A DNA stretch of 64,000 bases from an uncultured Candidatus Poseidoniales archaeon (GTDB lineage Archaea > Thermoplasmatota > Poseidoniia > Poseidoniales > Poseidoniaceae): positions 12,570 through 76,569 of the forward strand of contig CACODE010000005.1 in NCBI GenBank assembly GCA_902625885.1, given 5' to 3'. Made by a program: the position numbers and the translations under genes. Shown piece after piece: positions 7,378 to 16,592 of this stretch; position 1 is the first letter of the stretch, and every line of letters begins with the position of its first letter. The notes beneath the pieces are model-generated. The model was not told the origin of the DNA. It saw only the letters and a program-made list of their open reading frames with translations, and did no database searches.

Positions 7378-9740
7378 CAGAGGTCCCTCCTTCGCCCACC
7401 GAGGAAGGCAACACTGAGAACAACGAAGAGAACGGAAACGAACGACAGGCTTGGTAGCGGAGACGAGGCATCCGGTGATGACGGTGCTTCATCCACCGTC
7501 ACGAACACGGAGTCGGAGGGTTCCGAAAGTTTGCCGTTGACCATGGCGCTGACTCGAATGCGGTTCAGCCCCGGTTCCAACTCGCCGATTTCGACAAAGT
7601 CCGAGGAACCGTTGTACATCTCGGTGGTCGTGCCGTCGGGTGACTGAACCGTTAGTGCGTACCACTCGGCTTCAAACGGATAGGACCAAGAAACGGTCAC
7701 TTCGCCATCGTGGGGGATTGTTTCGGGGTTTACAGCGACCTCAGGCAGCGGTGGAACGAAGTTGACGTTGACCTCAATTTGCGTGCCGGGGAGGACGTAA
7801 TCAAGGCCCATGATGGCGTTGATCTGGTAGAGGTAATCGCCGTCGGCGCGGTTGCGGGCGTTGAAGGTTGTCGAGTCACCACGGTAGACTTCAACCCCGT
7901 TTTCCATCAACTGATAGGCTTGTGCGCCTGGGAATTCAGCCCATTGCAGTTCAAACGACGAGGCGGACTGTTTCCCGGCCTCGGTCAAAAACTGAGGGGT
8001 GCTCGGGCGGTCGTAGCCGGTGAGTTCGTACACCACGCTGTCGGAGTGCGAGCCGGGGAGCCTGTCCACGATTTTGACGTAGTTTTGAACGGTCTCGTTG
8101 TACCACAATTCCCACGAATGAACGCCGTCTTTTTCGTCCGTTATGGCAATGTAAGTGCAAGTAAACGTGCCGGCGGCGGTGGTCATGGTCACGCCTTCCT
8201 CAAACGTGACGGTGTTGAGGGTGTCGTCGTAGCCGTTGGGGTGTCCGGGTACACCGATGATGTTGGTTCTGTTGAAGTGCATCGACATGCTGGAGGTGCC
8301 GCCGTGCAAACTTGCCTCTTCACCTTCCGTGTTGAAATTCCAGCCCATGGTGGCCTCGGTGTAGTAGCTCGAGGAAGAAGGGGCGTCGACCCAATAGGTT
8401 TTGACCGGGAGGTAGGTTTCGGTGTCGATCCATCGGAACGCTTTCTCGCCTTCTTCGTAGTTATCGTCGGTCACCCGAATCAGGTAGGTGGACCGTTCCC
8501 TTCCAAAGGCGTCCGTGATGGTCTCTGTACCGATGGCGGTGAAGGTTTTGTTTTGGTGATACTCAGGGTTGTGAAGCAACGAGTAGTTCCAGTGCATGCC
8601 CGACGACCAGCCGTCTGCTGAGGCTTGTTGGTTTCCAAGCACGAGGATGAGAACGCTGGCGGAGGCAGGGCTGGTGCCGTTGGTGTTGAACGCCATCAGG
8701 TGGAACTCGTAGGTCCCCGATTCGGTGGCGTCGTATTCAAAGGACGTCTGATAACCTCTGTAGAGCAAGTTCTCATCGGTCATCTCTCCGACGTAGAGTT
8801 CGTAGTGGTCCGTGTAGGCTCCGCCTTCCCACTCCAACGTGACCGGCCCGATGGGGACCGAGGTGGCCGTGGTGATGAACGAAGCGTTCTCCGGGAAGTT
8901 GAGTTCTACTGTCGACGTTTGATTGACCCACATTGCACCATAGTCAACGCTGTGGGTGATGTTTGGGGCAACGCTTTGTCCGGCTTGTGAAAACGTGATG
9001 GTGGCGTCCTCGCCGATGGTGAGCCCGTTGAGCGCGTAGAAGCCGTCGGCGTTGGTCGTGGTTTCCACATCGCCTGCAGCGACCAGAATCTCCGTGGCGG
9101 GGTTACCGACGCTGTCGTTGAGGAAACCAAACACGCTGTTCTTGCCGTCCTGGAAGGTCAGGTGGTTCACGTACGGGAAACTGGCGGAACCCGCCTGCAG
9201 CTTGATGCAAGAAACAAGGTCCATGCCCTCGCCGCCGTTGAGGTTGGTCGAGACCGTATGGTACTGACCGGTGGCGTAGGGGCCAAACTCAACCCGCCCG
9301 TTGGTCGACGACAGCGTTTCGCCCATTTCGTGCAGATGCACGGTGAAGTCGCCGTCGCCGGTGTGCTTCACGCCGTTGGCGTCGAGAGCGTCAGCGGTGA
9401 TCCAGTTGTGCCCCTCGTGCCAATCAACCGTCATGTCGCCCGTCACGAAGATGGTTCGGTAGGCAACCGTGTGGCCGTCGTTCATGAAGTAGGCTCGAGC
9501 GACGTGTTCGCCGGCGGTGACACCGGGGAAGCTGTAAGTGCCGTCGCTCGAAATCACCGATTCCATCCCAGCGACCTTGACGTAGGTTGTTCCAGCGGGG
9601 TCTCCGGTGGACGTGTAGACGTGGCCGGAGATCGTGTACGTTGGGTCCTCCGTCGCACTGCTAACAGCGGACATCGGCAACAGCGAAGCACACAGGATGA
9701 AAATCAAGAGCCAAGGCTTCTGCATGTTGTGTTGTCGCAT
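7377..9740 (-). CDS. large secreted, C-terminally membrane-anchored surface protein (CarboxypepD_reg-like and FN3-like beta-sandwich repeats)
   Basis: Signal peptide MRQHNMQKPWLLIFILCASLLPMSAVSS. GGAG lies 7 nt upstream of the ATG at 9740; the longest ORF starts at 9788. Repeated beta-sandwich-like modules and a C-terminal TM plus RRRDL. Confidence 0.6.
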   Translation of the reverse strand: MRQHNMQKPWLLIFILCASLLPMSAVSSATEDPTYTISGHVYTSTGDPAGTTYVKVAGMESVISSDGTYSFPGVTAGEHVARAYFMNDGHTVAYRTIFVTGDMTVDWHEGHNWITADALDANGVKHTGDGDFTVHLHEMGETLSSTNGRVEFGPYATGQYHTVSTNLNGGEGMDLVSCIKLQAGSASFPYVNHLTFQDGKNSVFGFLNDSVGNPATEILVAAGDVETTTNADGFYALNGLTIGEDATITFSQAGQSVAPNITHSVDYGAMWVNQTSTVELNFPENASFITTATSVPIGPVTLEWEGGAYTDHYELYVGEMTDENLLYRGYQTSFEYDATESGTYEFHLMAFNTNGTSPASASVLILVLGNQQASADGWSSGMHWNYSLLHNPEYHQNKTFTAIGTETITDAFGRERSTYLIRVTDDNYEEGEKAFRWIDTETYLPVKTYWVDAPSSSSYYTEATMGWNFNTEGEEASLHGGTSSMSMHFNRTNIIGVPGHPNGYDDTLNTVTFEEGVTMTTAAGTFTCTYIAITDEKDGVHSWELWYNETVQNYVKIVDRLPGSHSDSVVYELTGYDRPSTPQFLTEAGKQSASSFELQWAEFPGAQAYQLMENGVEVYRGDSTTFNARNRADGDYLYQINAIMGLDYVLPGTQIEVNVNFVPPLPEVAVNPETIPHDGEVTVSWSYPFEAEWYALTVQSPDGTTTEMYNGSSDFVEIGELEPGLNRIRVSAMVNGKLSEPSDSVFVTVDEAPSSPDASSPLPSLSFVSVLFVVLSVAFLGGRRRDL

Positions 9741-9854
9741 GTTTCGCTCTCCTATGGTTGTACCGGAGCCATGGGAACGATTGGCCAACAGGGTGAGACG
9801 TTGGCCAACCGCTCCGCTGTACTGCCGTCAGGCAGTTGGGGGTTGGGGACTGCT

Positions 9855-11123
9855 TCAAGCCATTGAGCCAATGTCTTCCGAGGTGATGCCGTAGTGGGCC
9901 CAAACTCTCTCGAGGTGAGGCGCAATGTCGTACGACGTTCCCAGTTGCGTGGCGTCTTGGAGGTTCAAGATCTCGTTGATCTTTTGAGCACCATACATGT
10001 CCTGGAAGTACTGAGCGGCGTAGCCGTCACACTCGGTTTCGTTGGATACATCGGTTGAGACTTGGTGGGTGACCGTGTTGTAGCACATGTAGTCGCCTTC
10101 ACCGTTGTGCTGCGTCCACATGAACGAGTCGCAAGCAGAGGCGTTGATGTCGCCCATCATGAAGACCTTGTGAACCGCCATGTTGTAGCAGCCGTCGGTG
10201 TATGGAGCGGCGTAGGCTTCCATGGCCTTCCAGAAAGCGTAGCCCTCTGCTTGGTACTTGGCACCGGACTCGTTGCTGTCCATCTTGTAGGTGTACTTGA
10301 TGGTGGCTTGAGAGTAGACGATGATGACGTTCTTGAACACCTCGTTGGTGGCTGCTTCGTAGCCGGCTTGATCGCCTGCTTGGAGAGCAGCAAGTCCGTC
10401 GACCATGGCCTTCTCGGTAGCCTTGAAAGTGGCAGCAACGCCATCGGCGTCGGCCGTGTTGAAGTCGCCAGCTCGCTTCTCCATAACCTTGGCTGGGGAG
10501 CAACCGTAGTGCTCATCCGGTCCGTGGAAGAAGGCCCATGCCTCGTCCCAGTTGTGGGGTGCGCCAGAGTCGTTGTCGAGGTTGTTGTCGCCTGCCTTGG
10601 CGAGAGCGGCGTTGAGTTCGTGAATGGTGTAGCCGACCATGCCCATGTTGGCGGTCAACTTGGCGATGCCTTGGTATCGGACGGTGTCGGAGACGCCAGC
10701 GAAATCACCGGTGCCTTCCATGGCGTCCATGATGTGGGCGCCGATGGCTCCGGATTCGTTGTAGAAGCTGTCGTAGTTGTGCTTCTTACCTTCTGCTCCA
10801 GCAAAGCCTGCGAGCGTTCGGTAGGAGCCGTCATCTTTCTGGGCGTTCTTGCCGTTTTGGTAGATGTTCTTGGCTTCGTCCCAGTTGTTCTCACTGGCCG
10901 CCGTCTTGATGTCGCAGAGATCCTGCATCAGCGAACGGTGGTTGTCCACGTCCGACGCATAGGTGTACCCAGCGTCGGAGGCGTCCAAGAACGCCGGCTT
11001 TTCGTCAGCCGTCGACTCGGATTCTTCTGTGTCGTCTTCTGCACCGAGGCACCCCGCCATGGCGGCGATAAGCATCAGTAGAGCAAGCGTCATTCCTTTC
11101 AGTTGTTTGGTCTTTAGTTCCAT
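9855..11123 (-). CDS. secreted Cys-rich lipoprotein of unknown function (first gene of the transporter unit)
   Basis: Signal peptide with lipobox LIAAMAGC, an acidic mature protein, and 8 Cys in the C-terminal part. An SD-like GAGGG lies 6 nt upstream of the ATG. Confidence 0.6.
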   Translation of the reverse strand: MELKTKQLKGMTLALLMLIAAMAGCLGAEDDTEESESTADEKPAFLDASDAGYTYASDVDNHRSLMQDLCDIKTAASENNWDEAKNIYQNGKNAQKDDGSYRTLAGFAGAEGKKHNYDSFYNESGAIGAHIMDAMEGTGDFAGVSDTVRYQGIAKLTANMGMVGYTIHELNAALAKAGDNNLDNDSGAPHNWDEAWAFFHGPDEHYGCSPAKVMEKRAGDFNTADADGVAATFKATEKAMVDGLAALQAGDQAGYEAATNEVFKNVIIVYSQATIKYTYKMDSNESGAKYQAEGYAFWKAMEAYAAPYTDGCYNMAVHKVFMMGDINASACDSFMWTQHNGEGDYMCYNTVTHQVSTDVSNETECDGYAAQYFQDMYGAQKINEILNLQDATQLGTSYDIAPHLERVWAHYGITSEDIGSMA

Positions 11124-11163
11124 GTATAACCCTCTGGTTTAGGGCAACCGAAATGACGGCCAG

Positions 11164-11175
11164 TTATAATATTTA
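11164..11175 (-). promoter_or_regulatory. TATA-box candidate (AAATATTATAA on the minus strand) for the 9855-11123 operon
   Basis: AT-rich element about 45 nt upstream of the ATG at 11123. It is followed by a short leader containing GAGGG. Confidence 0.4.
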
Positions 11176-11184
11176 GGTCGCCCG

Positions 11185-11191
11185 AAAAAAA
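11185..11191 (-). terminator. oligo-T (T7) terminator downstream of tRNA-Gln
   Basis: A7 on the plus strand is T7 on the minus strand, 41 nt after the tRNA 3' end. It is preceded by the small palindrome GGCGCAGTGCGCC (11212-11224). Confidence 0.45.
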
Positions 11192-11231
11192 CAAACTGGT
11201 GCTTGCAATGCGGCGCAGTGCGCCGATGAGT

Positions 11232-11307
11232 TGGTAGTCCCTCCCGGATTCGAACCGAGGTCGGAGGAACCAGAATCCTCCATGATGGACCGCTACACTA
11301 AGGGACT
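11232..11307 (-). tRNA. tRNA-Gln (anticodon CUG), CCA encoded
   Basis: Reverse complement AGTCCCTTAGTGTAGCGGTCCATCATGGAGGATTCTGGTTCCTCCGACCTCGGTTCGAATCCGGGAGGGACTACCA folds as a cloverleaf. It has a 7-bp acceptor stem with A1-U72, anticodon loop UUCUGGU and T-loop GGTTCGAATCC. Confidence 0.9.
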
Positions 11308-11359
11308 CTGGTCGGGCCACTCCCGTTGCCTTCTTCAATTGAGCGGTGAGGAATCACGT

Positions 11360-11554
11360 TCAGACAGTAGCGAAGCGAAACATGACTTTTGAGACCCACG
11401 AGAGCATCATGATGATCATGAACGACGCCAGGGCGTACTTCGCCCACGGACGGGCTGGCTTTGTCTCCGGCCACAAATCCACACCCATGGCTTCGGCTTT
11501 GGACACCAACTCCGCCAACTCAGCGAGATGGTCCTCAACCGAATCGTGGGTCAT
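11360..11554 (-). CDS. small tail-anchored membrane protein (64 aa), hypothetical
   Basis: Amphipathic acidic N-terminus plus one C-terminal TM (YALASFMIIMMLSWV). The TATA-like AAATAAAT lies about 25 nt upstream, consistent with a leaderless mRNA. Confidence 0.45.
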   Translation of the reverse strand: MTHDSVEDHLAELAELVSKAEAMGVDLWPETKPARPWAKYALASFMIIMMLSWVSKVMFRFATV

Positions 11555-11735
11555 GGATGCGCCCTAGCACGCGATTTATTTGAAGCCGACGCTCAATGTG
11601 TCCCGACTGCATCGGTTGTTGATGCCGTGGCCTTCCTTGCCTCACAGGCCCGTTGTGGAGGTGATGGCCGCCGTCACCAAATTGAGCGAAACACCCTTCA
11701 CAACACTTTGAAAGTGCGACGCTTGAGGCACCTCC

Positions 11736-13247
11736 ATGGATGAGGTGCCGGAAGGCGTTAAATTCGCCCCGCAGACCAGAGGAGCACCGCGTCCAACCGC
11801 CACGATGACCCTTACGAGGGACGGCCCTCATGGCGTGGAGGTCCTCCTCGGTCTTCGCTCGGTCACCATGCGCGCCTTCCCCAACTACTGGGCGTTTCCC
11901 GGTGGTGGTGTCTCGTCAGTTGACCGTAAAGCGGTCGAGGCCCACCCGTCTCTGGCGGGCCAGGAAGCCGCCGCCGTCGCGTGCATCATGCGGGAGATGA
12001 GCGAGGAACTCGGGCTTGCTGCCAAAGGAGCGAGCGTTGTGGCCCTCAAAGAGGTGGACCGTGAGGCCATCGTTGAGGACAAAGCCCAGTGGCTGCCTCG
12101 GAGCCTTGAGGGCAACTTCCCTGTTGACCGAGAACGAATCAGGGTACTGAGCCATCGAATCACGCCGCCGTTTGGTCCCGTTCAATTCGACAATGCCTTT
12201 CTCCACCTCCATGTCGGACATTGGGCCGATGTACCCATCATCGACCTTGAACCACAAACCGAATTCACCGAGGTGATGTGGGCGCAACCCAGCGATATTT
12301 TGGATCGATGGAAAGCCCATGAAATCAAGGTCGCCCCGCCCGTTGTCACCCTCCTGATGGAAATTGAGCGCACGCTAGAGCGGTTTGACGGTGATATGGA
12401 AAAGGCCGCCGAGGACATCGCTCAACGACTACCGGGCAGGCGGTCGATTCTGTTTGCGCACGGTGTGGAAGTCCTGCCCATAAAAACCGCTACATTACCG
12501 CCGGCAGACCACACCAATTGCTACCTCGTGGGCGACCCTGAGGGTGACTACGTGCTGGTTGACCCCGCCATCCGCACGCTCGAGGACAAAAAGGCGGTGG
12601 AAACCGCCGTGAAGCGGCACAATGGAACACCTGTGGCGGTGATTTTCACGCACAGCCACAACGACCATCTGGCCGATATGAATCTCTTGCAAGAGGTGGT
12701 TAATGTCCCGATTTGGGCAAGCGAACACACCTCGAAAAGCGTTCGAGTTGACCGTGTGCTCACCGACGGTGAGACATTGACGTTGGGTGCACAAACGTGG
12801 CGCGTCGTCATGACGTCCGGTCATCACCCGGGCCATGTTTGCCTTTTCAGCGAAGCGGGATTGGTCTCTGGGGACATGCTGGCTGGCATCGGTACGATCC
12901 TGATTCCACCGCATTCTGGCGAGATGAACGATTACATCGAGCAACTTAAGCGGCTGAAAGCCCTGAAACCTCACCTCGTTTTCCCGAGCCACGGACCGGT
13001 CGTAGCGATTCCGGAACGCCTCATTGACCACTACATCACGCACCGCTCGGCGCGCCATCAGAGGGTTCTGGAATCGGTGAGAAAGGGTTTGAGTGATTTA
13101 GAACTCATCGCTGCCGATGCTTACGCCGACACCCCCAACGCCCACCCCGTTCTCGCTGCAGACCAAACCCTCTCCCACCTCCTCGCCCACGAAAGAAGGG
13201 GGCTTGTACGCCGCACAGGCGGCCAGTGGAGCGTGATTGAGAAATGA
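11736..13247 (+). CDS. Nudix hydrolase / metallo-beta-lactamase-fold hydrolase fusion protein
   Basis: The N-terminus has a Nudix-box-like segment (GGGVS...REMSEELGL). The C-terminal half carries the MBL motif THSHNDHLAD plus downstream His/Asp ligands (GHHPGH, SGD, PSHG). Confidence 0.7.
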   Translation: MDEVPEGVKFAPQTRGAPRPTATMTLTRDGPHGVEVLLGLRSVTMRAFPNYWAFPGGGVSSVDRKAVEAHPSLAGQEAAAVACIMREMSEELGLAAKGASVVALKEVDREAIVEDKAQWLPRSLEGNFPVDRERIRVLSHRITPPFGPVQFDNAFLHLHVGHWADVPIIDLEPQTEFTEVMWAQPSDILDRWKAHEIKVAPPVVTLLMEIERTLERFDGDMEKAAEDIAQRLPGRRSILFAHGVEVLPIKTATLPPADHTNCYLVGDPEGDYVLVDPAIRTLEDKKAVETAVKRHNGTPVAVIFTHSHNDHLADMNLLQEVVNVPIWASEHTSKSVRVDRVLTDGETLTLGAQTWRVVMTSGHHPGHVCLFSEAGLVSGDMLAGIGTILIPPHSGEMNDYIEQLKRLKALKPHLVFPSHGPVVAIPERLIDHYITHRSARHQRVLESVRKGLSDLELIAADAYADTPNAHPVLAADQTLSHLLAHERRGLVRRTGGQWSVIEK

Positions 13248-14296
13248 CGGGGAAGCGCGTGGTCATCACCAAAGCTGGGGGCCTTTCGGCCATCACCTGT
13301 CAGCCGATGCGCATCCCAGAGCCCGGCCCGGGGGAAGTCAGGGTGAAGGTGGCGTACGCCGGCATCAACTTCGCCGATCTCCTCAAGCGAATGGGGTTTT
13401 ACAATCCTCGACCGCCGTTTCCGTTCACGCCAGGGTACGAAGCCAGCGGGGTTGTTGACGCCATGGGTGCGGAAGTGGACGGTTTTGAAATCGGACAGCA
13501 CGTGGTCGTGGCGGGAAGTGATGGTCTTCAGGCCAGCCACGTGATTTCACCACGCGAAAGGGTGCTACCGATACCCGACGGCATCACGTTGCAAAAGGCA
13601 GCATCAACCCCGGTGACCTACCTAACCGCCCACCACATGCTGCATTATCTAGGGAACCTCAAACCCGATGATAGCGTGTTGATTCACGGCGGTGGTGGCG
13701 GCGTTGGTACCGCTGCGCTTCAACTCTGCCGCTGGGCTGGGATTGAGAAGGTCTGGGCTACCGCATCGGCGTCAAAGCACCGCATCATTGAACGCTACGG
13801 TGCTCGCCCAATCGATCGACACAACGAAGATTTTCTTACCATCATCAAAGACGAAACCAACGGCAAAGGCGTTGACCACGTGCTGGACCCTATTGGCGGC
13901 GACCATCTGAAAAGAAGCCTGTCCTGTCTTTCAGAAGGAGGCCGGCTCTACACCTACGGCCTCTCAGCAGCCGCTCCGTCAAGCAAACGTTCGTTGCTCA
14001 AGGCCTTGCTTGCGCTGCGAAAACGGCCAAAATTCGACCCGCTTCGCTTGATGAACAGAAATCGTGGTGTCTTTGGTGTCCACATGGGCACATGGACCAA
14101 CGAAACCGTCATGCAAACACAACTCAAACGCATCGTGGACGGCATCCAAGACGGCCATTTGGACCCGATTGTCGATCGTGTCTTTGACGCCGAAGACGTC
14201 AGGGAAGCGCATCAATACATCCACGACGCCAAAAACATCGGCAAGGTGTTGCTGAAATTCGAAGATGTTGATGACAATACGGCCTCTTTGGGTTAG
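13244..14296 (+). CDS. zinc-type alcohol dehydrogenase / quinone oxidoreductase family (MDR superfamily)
   Basis: GroES-like N-terminus (GEVRVKVAYAGINFADL) and Rossmann motif IHGGGGGVGTAALQL. ATGA overlap with the upstream gene. Confidence 0.8.
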   Translation: MTGKRVVITKAGGLSAITCQPMRIPEPGPGEVRVKVAYAGINFADLLKRMGFYNPRPPFPFTPGYEASGVVDAMGAEVDGFEIGQHVVVAGSDGLQASHVISPRERVLPIPDGITLQKAASTPVTYLTAHHMLHYLGNLKPDDSVLIHGGGGGVGTAALQLCRWAGIEKVWATASASKHRIIERYGARPIDRHNEDFLTIIKDETNGKGVDHVLDPIGGDHLKRSLSCLSEGGRLYTYGLSAAAPSSKRSLLKALLALRKRPKFDPLRLMNRNRGVFGVHMGTWTNETVMQTQLKRIVDGIQDGHLDPIVDRVFDAEDVREAHQYIHDAKNIGKVLLKFEDVDDNTASLG

Positions 14297-14352
14297 GTCC
14301 GGCCTGAAACCTTCTTCACATCTTGCCGGCTGGAATCGATTGAGGTGAACGA

Positions 14353-16515
14353 ATGAAGAAGGCCATGTCCGGTTTCGACCTCAGCGCCATGGCACGCGAG
14401 TTGGACGCCCTCAAGGGCGCCTACGTGAAGAAAGCCTACATGCCTCATTACGAACAAATCGTCCTGCGAGTGAACCCAAAGGAAGCCGCCCAGCGGGACA
14501 TCGTTTTTGTGCGCGGTCAGCGCATTTACACCTCGCAACGGGACCGCCCTATGCCGATGACGCCGCCACCTTTTGCGATGGTGCTTCGCAAACACCTCCG
14601 AAACGCTAGATTAACCGGCGTCAAGCAAGTCGGTTTTGACCGCATTCTTGCTTTTTCATTCGATACCAAAAACGGTGAGCGCACCCTCATCGTGGAGGTG
14701 TTCCGTGACGGGAACATCATCCTTGTTGACCAAGAGAACACCATCATACAGCCGCTGACGCACGCTTCTTACGCCGGCCGGACGCTCAAGAAAGGTGTCG
14801 CTTACACGCCCCCTCCTCCAGCGGTTAACCCATACACGCTCGACGAAGCCGGTTTGAAGGGCATGTTCCAAGACTCGGACCGCGATTTGGTGTCAACGTT
14901 GGGCGGGAAGGTGAACCTGGGGGCCACCCACGCCAACGCCGTGTGCATCCTCGCCAAACACGAACCAAACTCACCGTGCGCCGAAGCGGACGCAACGAAA
15001 ATTTTCCAAGGACTGAGGCAACTCTTGGAGGCGCTCTCCAAAACTGAGGAAGCCCACTTGATTCTCAAATTGGACGATGATGACGGTGCGTCCTGGAACG
15101 ACGCTTTCGAAGAAATGGACCACGGTGAGCGACAACACTGGCTTGGTGAGCGAGCCGTTGAAGCGACCCCGATTTTGCTCCCTCAACACGACAACGTGGC
15201 GCATGTTGGTTTCCCTTCACTCTGCGAGGCCATCGACGCTTGGAAAGGACCGCATGACGCCCACGCCCTTCAGCGGCGGGAGGAAGAAAAGTACGAACAA
15301 GCCGGGCCCGGCCGCGGGCAGTCAACGGAGGTCGAACGTCTTGAGCGCCGCAAGGCTCAACAAGAGAAATCACTGGCGTCGTTCTCGGAAAAAATCGAGA
15401 AACAGCAACACCTCGGTCATTTGATTCAAGAACATTGGAACCACGTGGAAGCCCTCATGCAGCAGACCAGCCAAGCGGTGGAGAGGGACGGATGGCGTGG
15501 CGTACGAAAAGCCATCAAAGCGATTCCTTGGATCGTTCGCGCCGACCCGGCCCAACGCCTCATCACCGTGCATCTTCCCGATGAAAACAACGAGCCAAAC
15601 GGCCCGCAGGTTGAGTTGGACCTCGACACAAGCGTCCACCAGAACGCTCAGCGCTATTTTGAAGCCGCACGAAAGCAGAAAAACAAGACAAAGGGAGCGG
15701 TGGAAGCCCTCGCCGACACCGAGCGGATGCTCAAACGCGCCCGGAAAAACGAGGCGAAGCAGAAAGCGAGTGGGAAATTGAACCGCCTGAAACGAAGCAA
15801 ACGGATGTGGTTTGAACAACACCGCTGGGGCATCGTTGAGGGCGGCCACCTTGTCGTTGGCGGCAAAGATGCGAAAGGCAACGACGCCGTGGTAAAAAAA
15901 CACCTCTCAGGCGACGACATGTACCTCCACGCCGACCTCCACGGTGCACCATCGTGCAGCTTGCGGGCGGCGCAAGGCCTTGTTCTTGAACAGCGCCATC
16001 CAACGCATTTGCCGGCCGACATTCCTGCTTACCGTCTGGTCGACAAGTTGGACAACACGGAACTCGATGAGAAGAAATTGAACCAAGCAGCGGTGCTGGC
16101 CCTCGCCTGGAGCCGTGCATGGAACGGTGGTGGAGCGCACGGCACCGTGTACAGCGTGAAACCTGCGCAGGTGTCAAAATCGGCACAGACCGGCGAGTTT
16201 GTGGGCAAAGGAGCGTTTGTCATCCGCGGCCAACGAACTTGGTACAAGGACATGAACCTGCAAATCGGTATCGGTATTGTCGCCGTTAACGGCGTCCCCT
16301 TGGTCATCACCGGGACGGGTGAACACATCGCCGCCATGTGCCCAAGGCACGCCATACTCACGCCGGGTCTAACAAAGAAGGATCAACTTGCCAACAGCAT
16401 TTATCGCAACACAGGACTCTCAACCGACGATTTGTTGGCCGTTCTCCCCGGTGCGTCCGACGTCATCGATGAACACGGTATGTTGACGCCCCCGGTGTCC
16501 AGTGAAGAAGAGTGA
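14353..16515 (+). CDS. NFACT-family protein (archaeal Rqc2/RqcH/FbpA homologue; NFACT-N plus DUF814)
   Basis: Typical archaeal N-terminus SGFDLSAMARELDALKGAYVKKAY, a central coiled coil, and a C-terminal DUF814-like block (GGKDAKGNDAVVKKHL...YLHADLHGAPS). SD GAGGTGA lies 5 nt upstream. Confidence 0.8.
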   Translation: MKKAMSGFDLSAMARELDALKGAYVKKAYMPHYEQIVLRVNPKEAAQRDIVFVRGQRIYTSQRDRPMPMTPPPFAMVLRKHLRNARLTGVKQVGFDRILAFSFDTKNGERTLIVEVFRDGNIILVDQENTIIQPLTHASYAGRTLKKGVAYTPPPPAVNPYTLDEAGLKGMFQDSDRDLVSTLGGKVNLGATHANAVCILAKHEPNSPCAEADATKIFQGLRQLLEALSKTEEAHLILKLDDDDGASWNDAFEEMDHGERQHWLGERAVEATPILLPQHDNVAHVGFPSLCEAIDAWKGPHDAHALQRREEEKYEQAGPGRGQSTEVERLERRKAQQEKSLASFSEKIEKQQHLGHLIQEHWNHVEALMQQTSQAVERDGWRGVRKAIKAIPWIVRADPAQRLITVHLPDENNEPNGPQVELDLDTSVHQNAQRYFEAARKQKNKTKGAVEALADTERMLKRARKNEAKQKASGKLNRLKRSKRMWFEQHRWGIVEGGHLVVGGKDAKGNDAVVKKHLSGDDMYLHADLHGAPSCSLRAAQGLVLEQRHPTHLPADIPAYRLVDKLDNTELDEKKLNQAAVLALAWSRAWNGGGAHGTVYSVKPAQVSKSAQTGEFVGKGAFVIRGQRTWYKDMNLQIGIGIVAVNGVPLVITGTGEHIAAMCPRHAILTPGLTKKDQLANSIYRNTGLSTDDLLAVLPGASDVIDEHGMLTPPVSSEEE

Positions 16516-16563
16516 AGAGAAACCGTCCGAGGAAGGAAAACCTCTGAATGCCGTGAAAATCTC

Positions 16564-16571
16564 TTTTAATT
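16564..16571 (+). promoter_or_regulatory. TATA-box candidate (TTTTAATT), leaderless start at 16593
   Basis: AT-rich box 29 nt upstream of the ATG at 16593. Confidence 0.45.
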
Positions 16572-16592
16572 TTGGATGGTGTGAGCCCTAAC

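Noticed and set aside
10062-11081. Long antisense ORFs (this 339-aa one; also 33833-34951, 7710-8621, 39508-40998, 42512-43219, 9162-9866 and many others)
   Set aside because: They lie fully inside well-supported genes on the other strand. Their composition is low-complexity and Arg/Gly/Val-rich, typical of shadow ORFs in GC-rich DNA, and they show no motifs.
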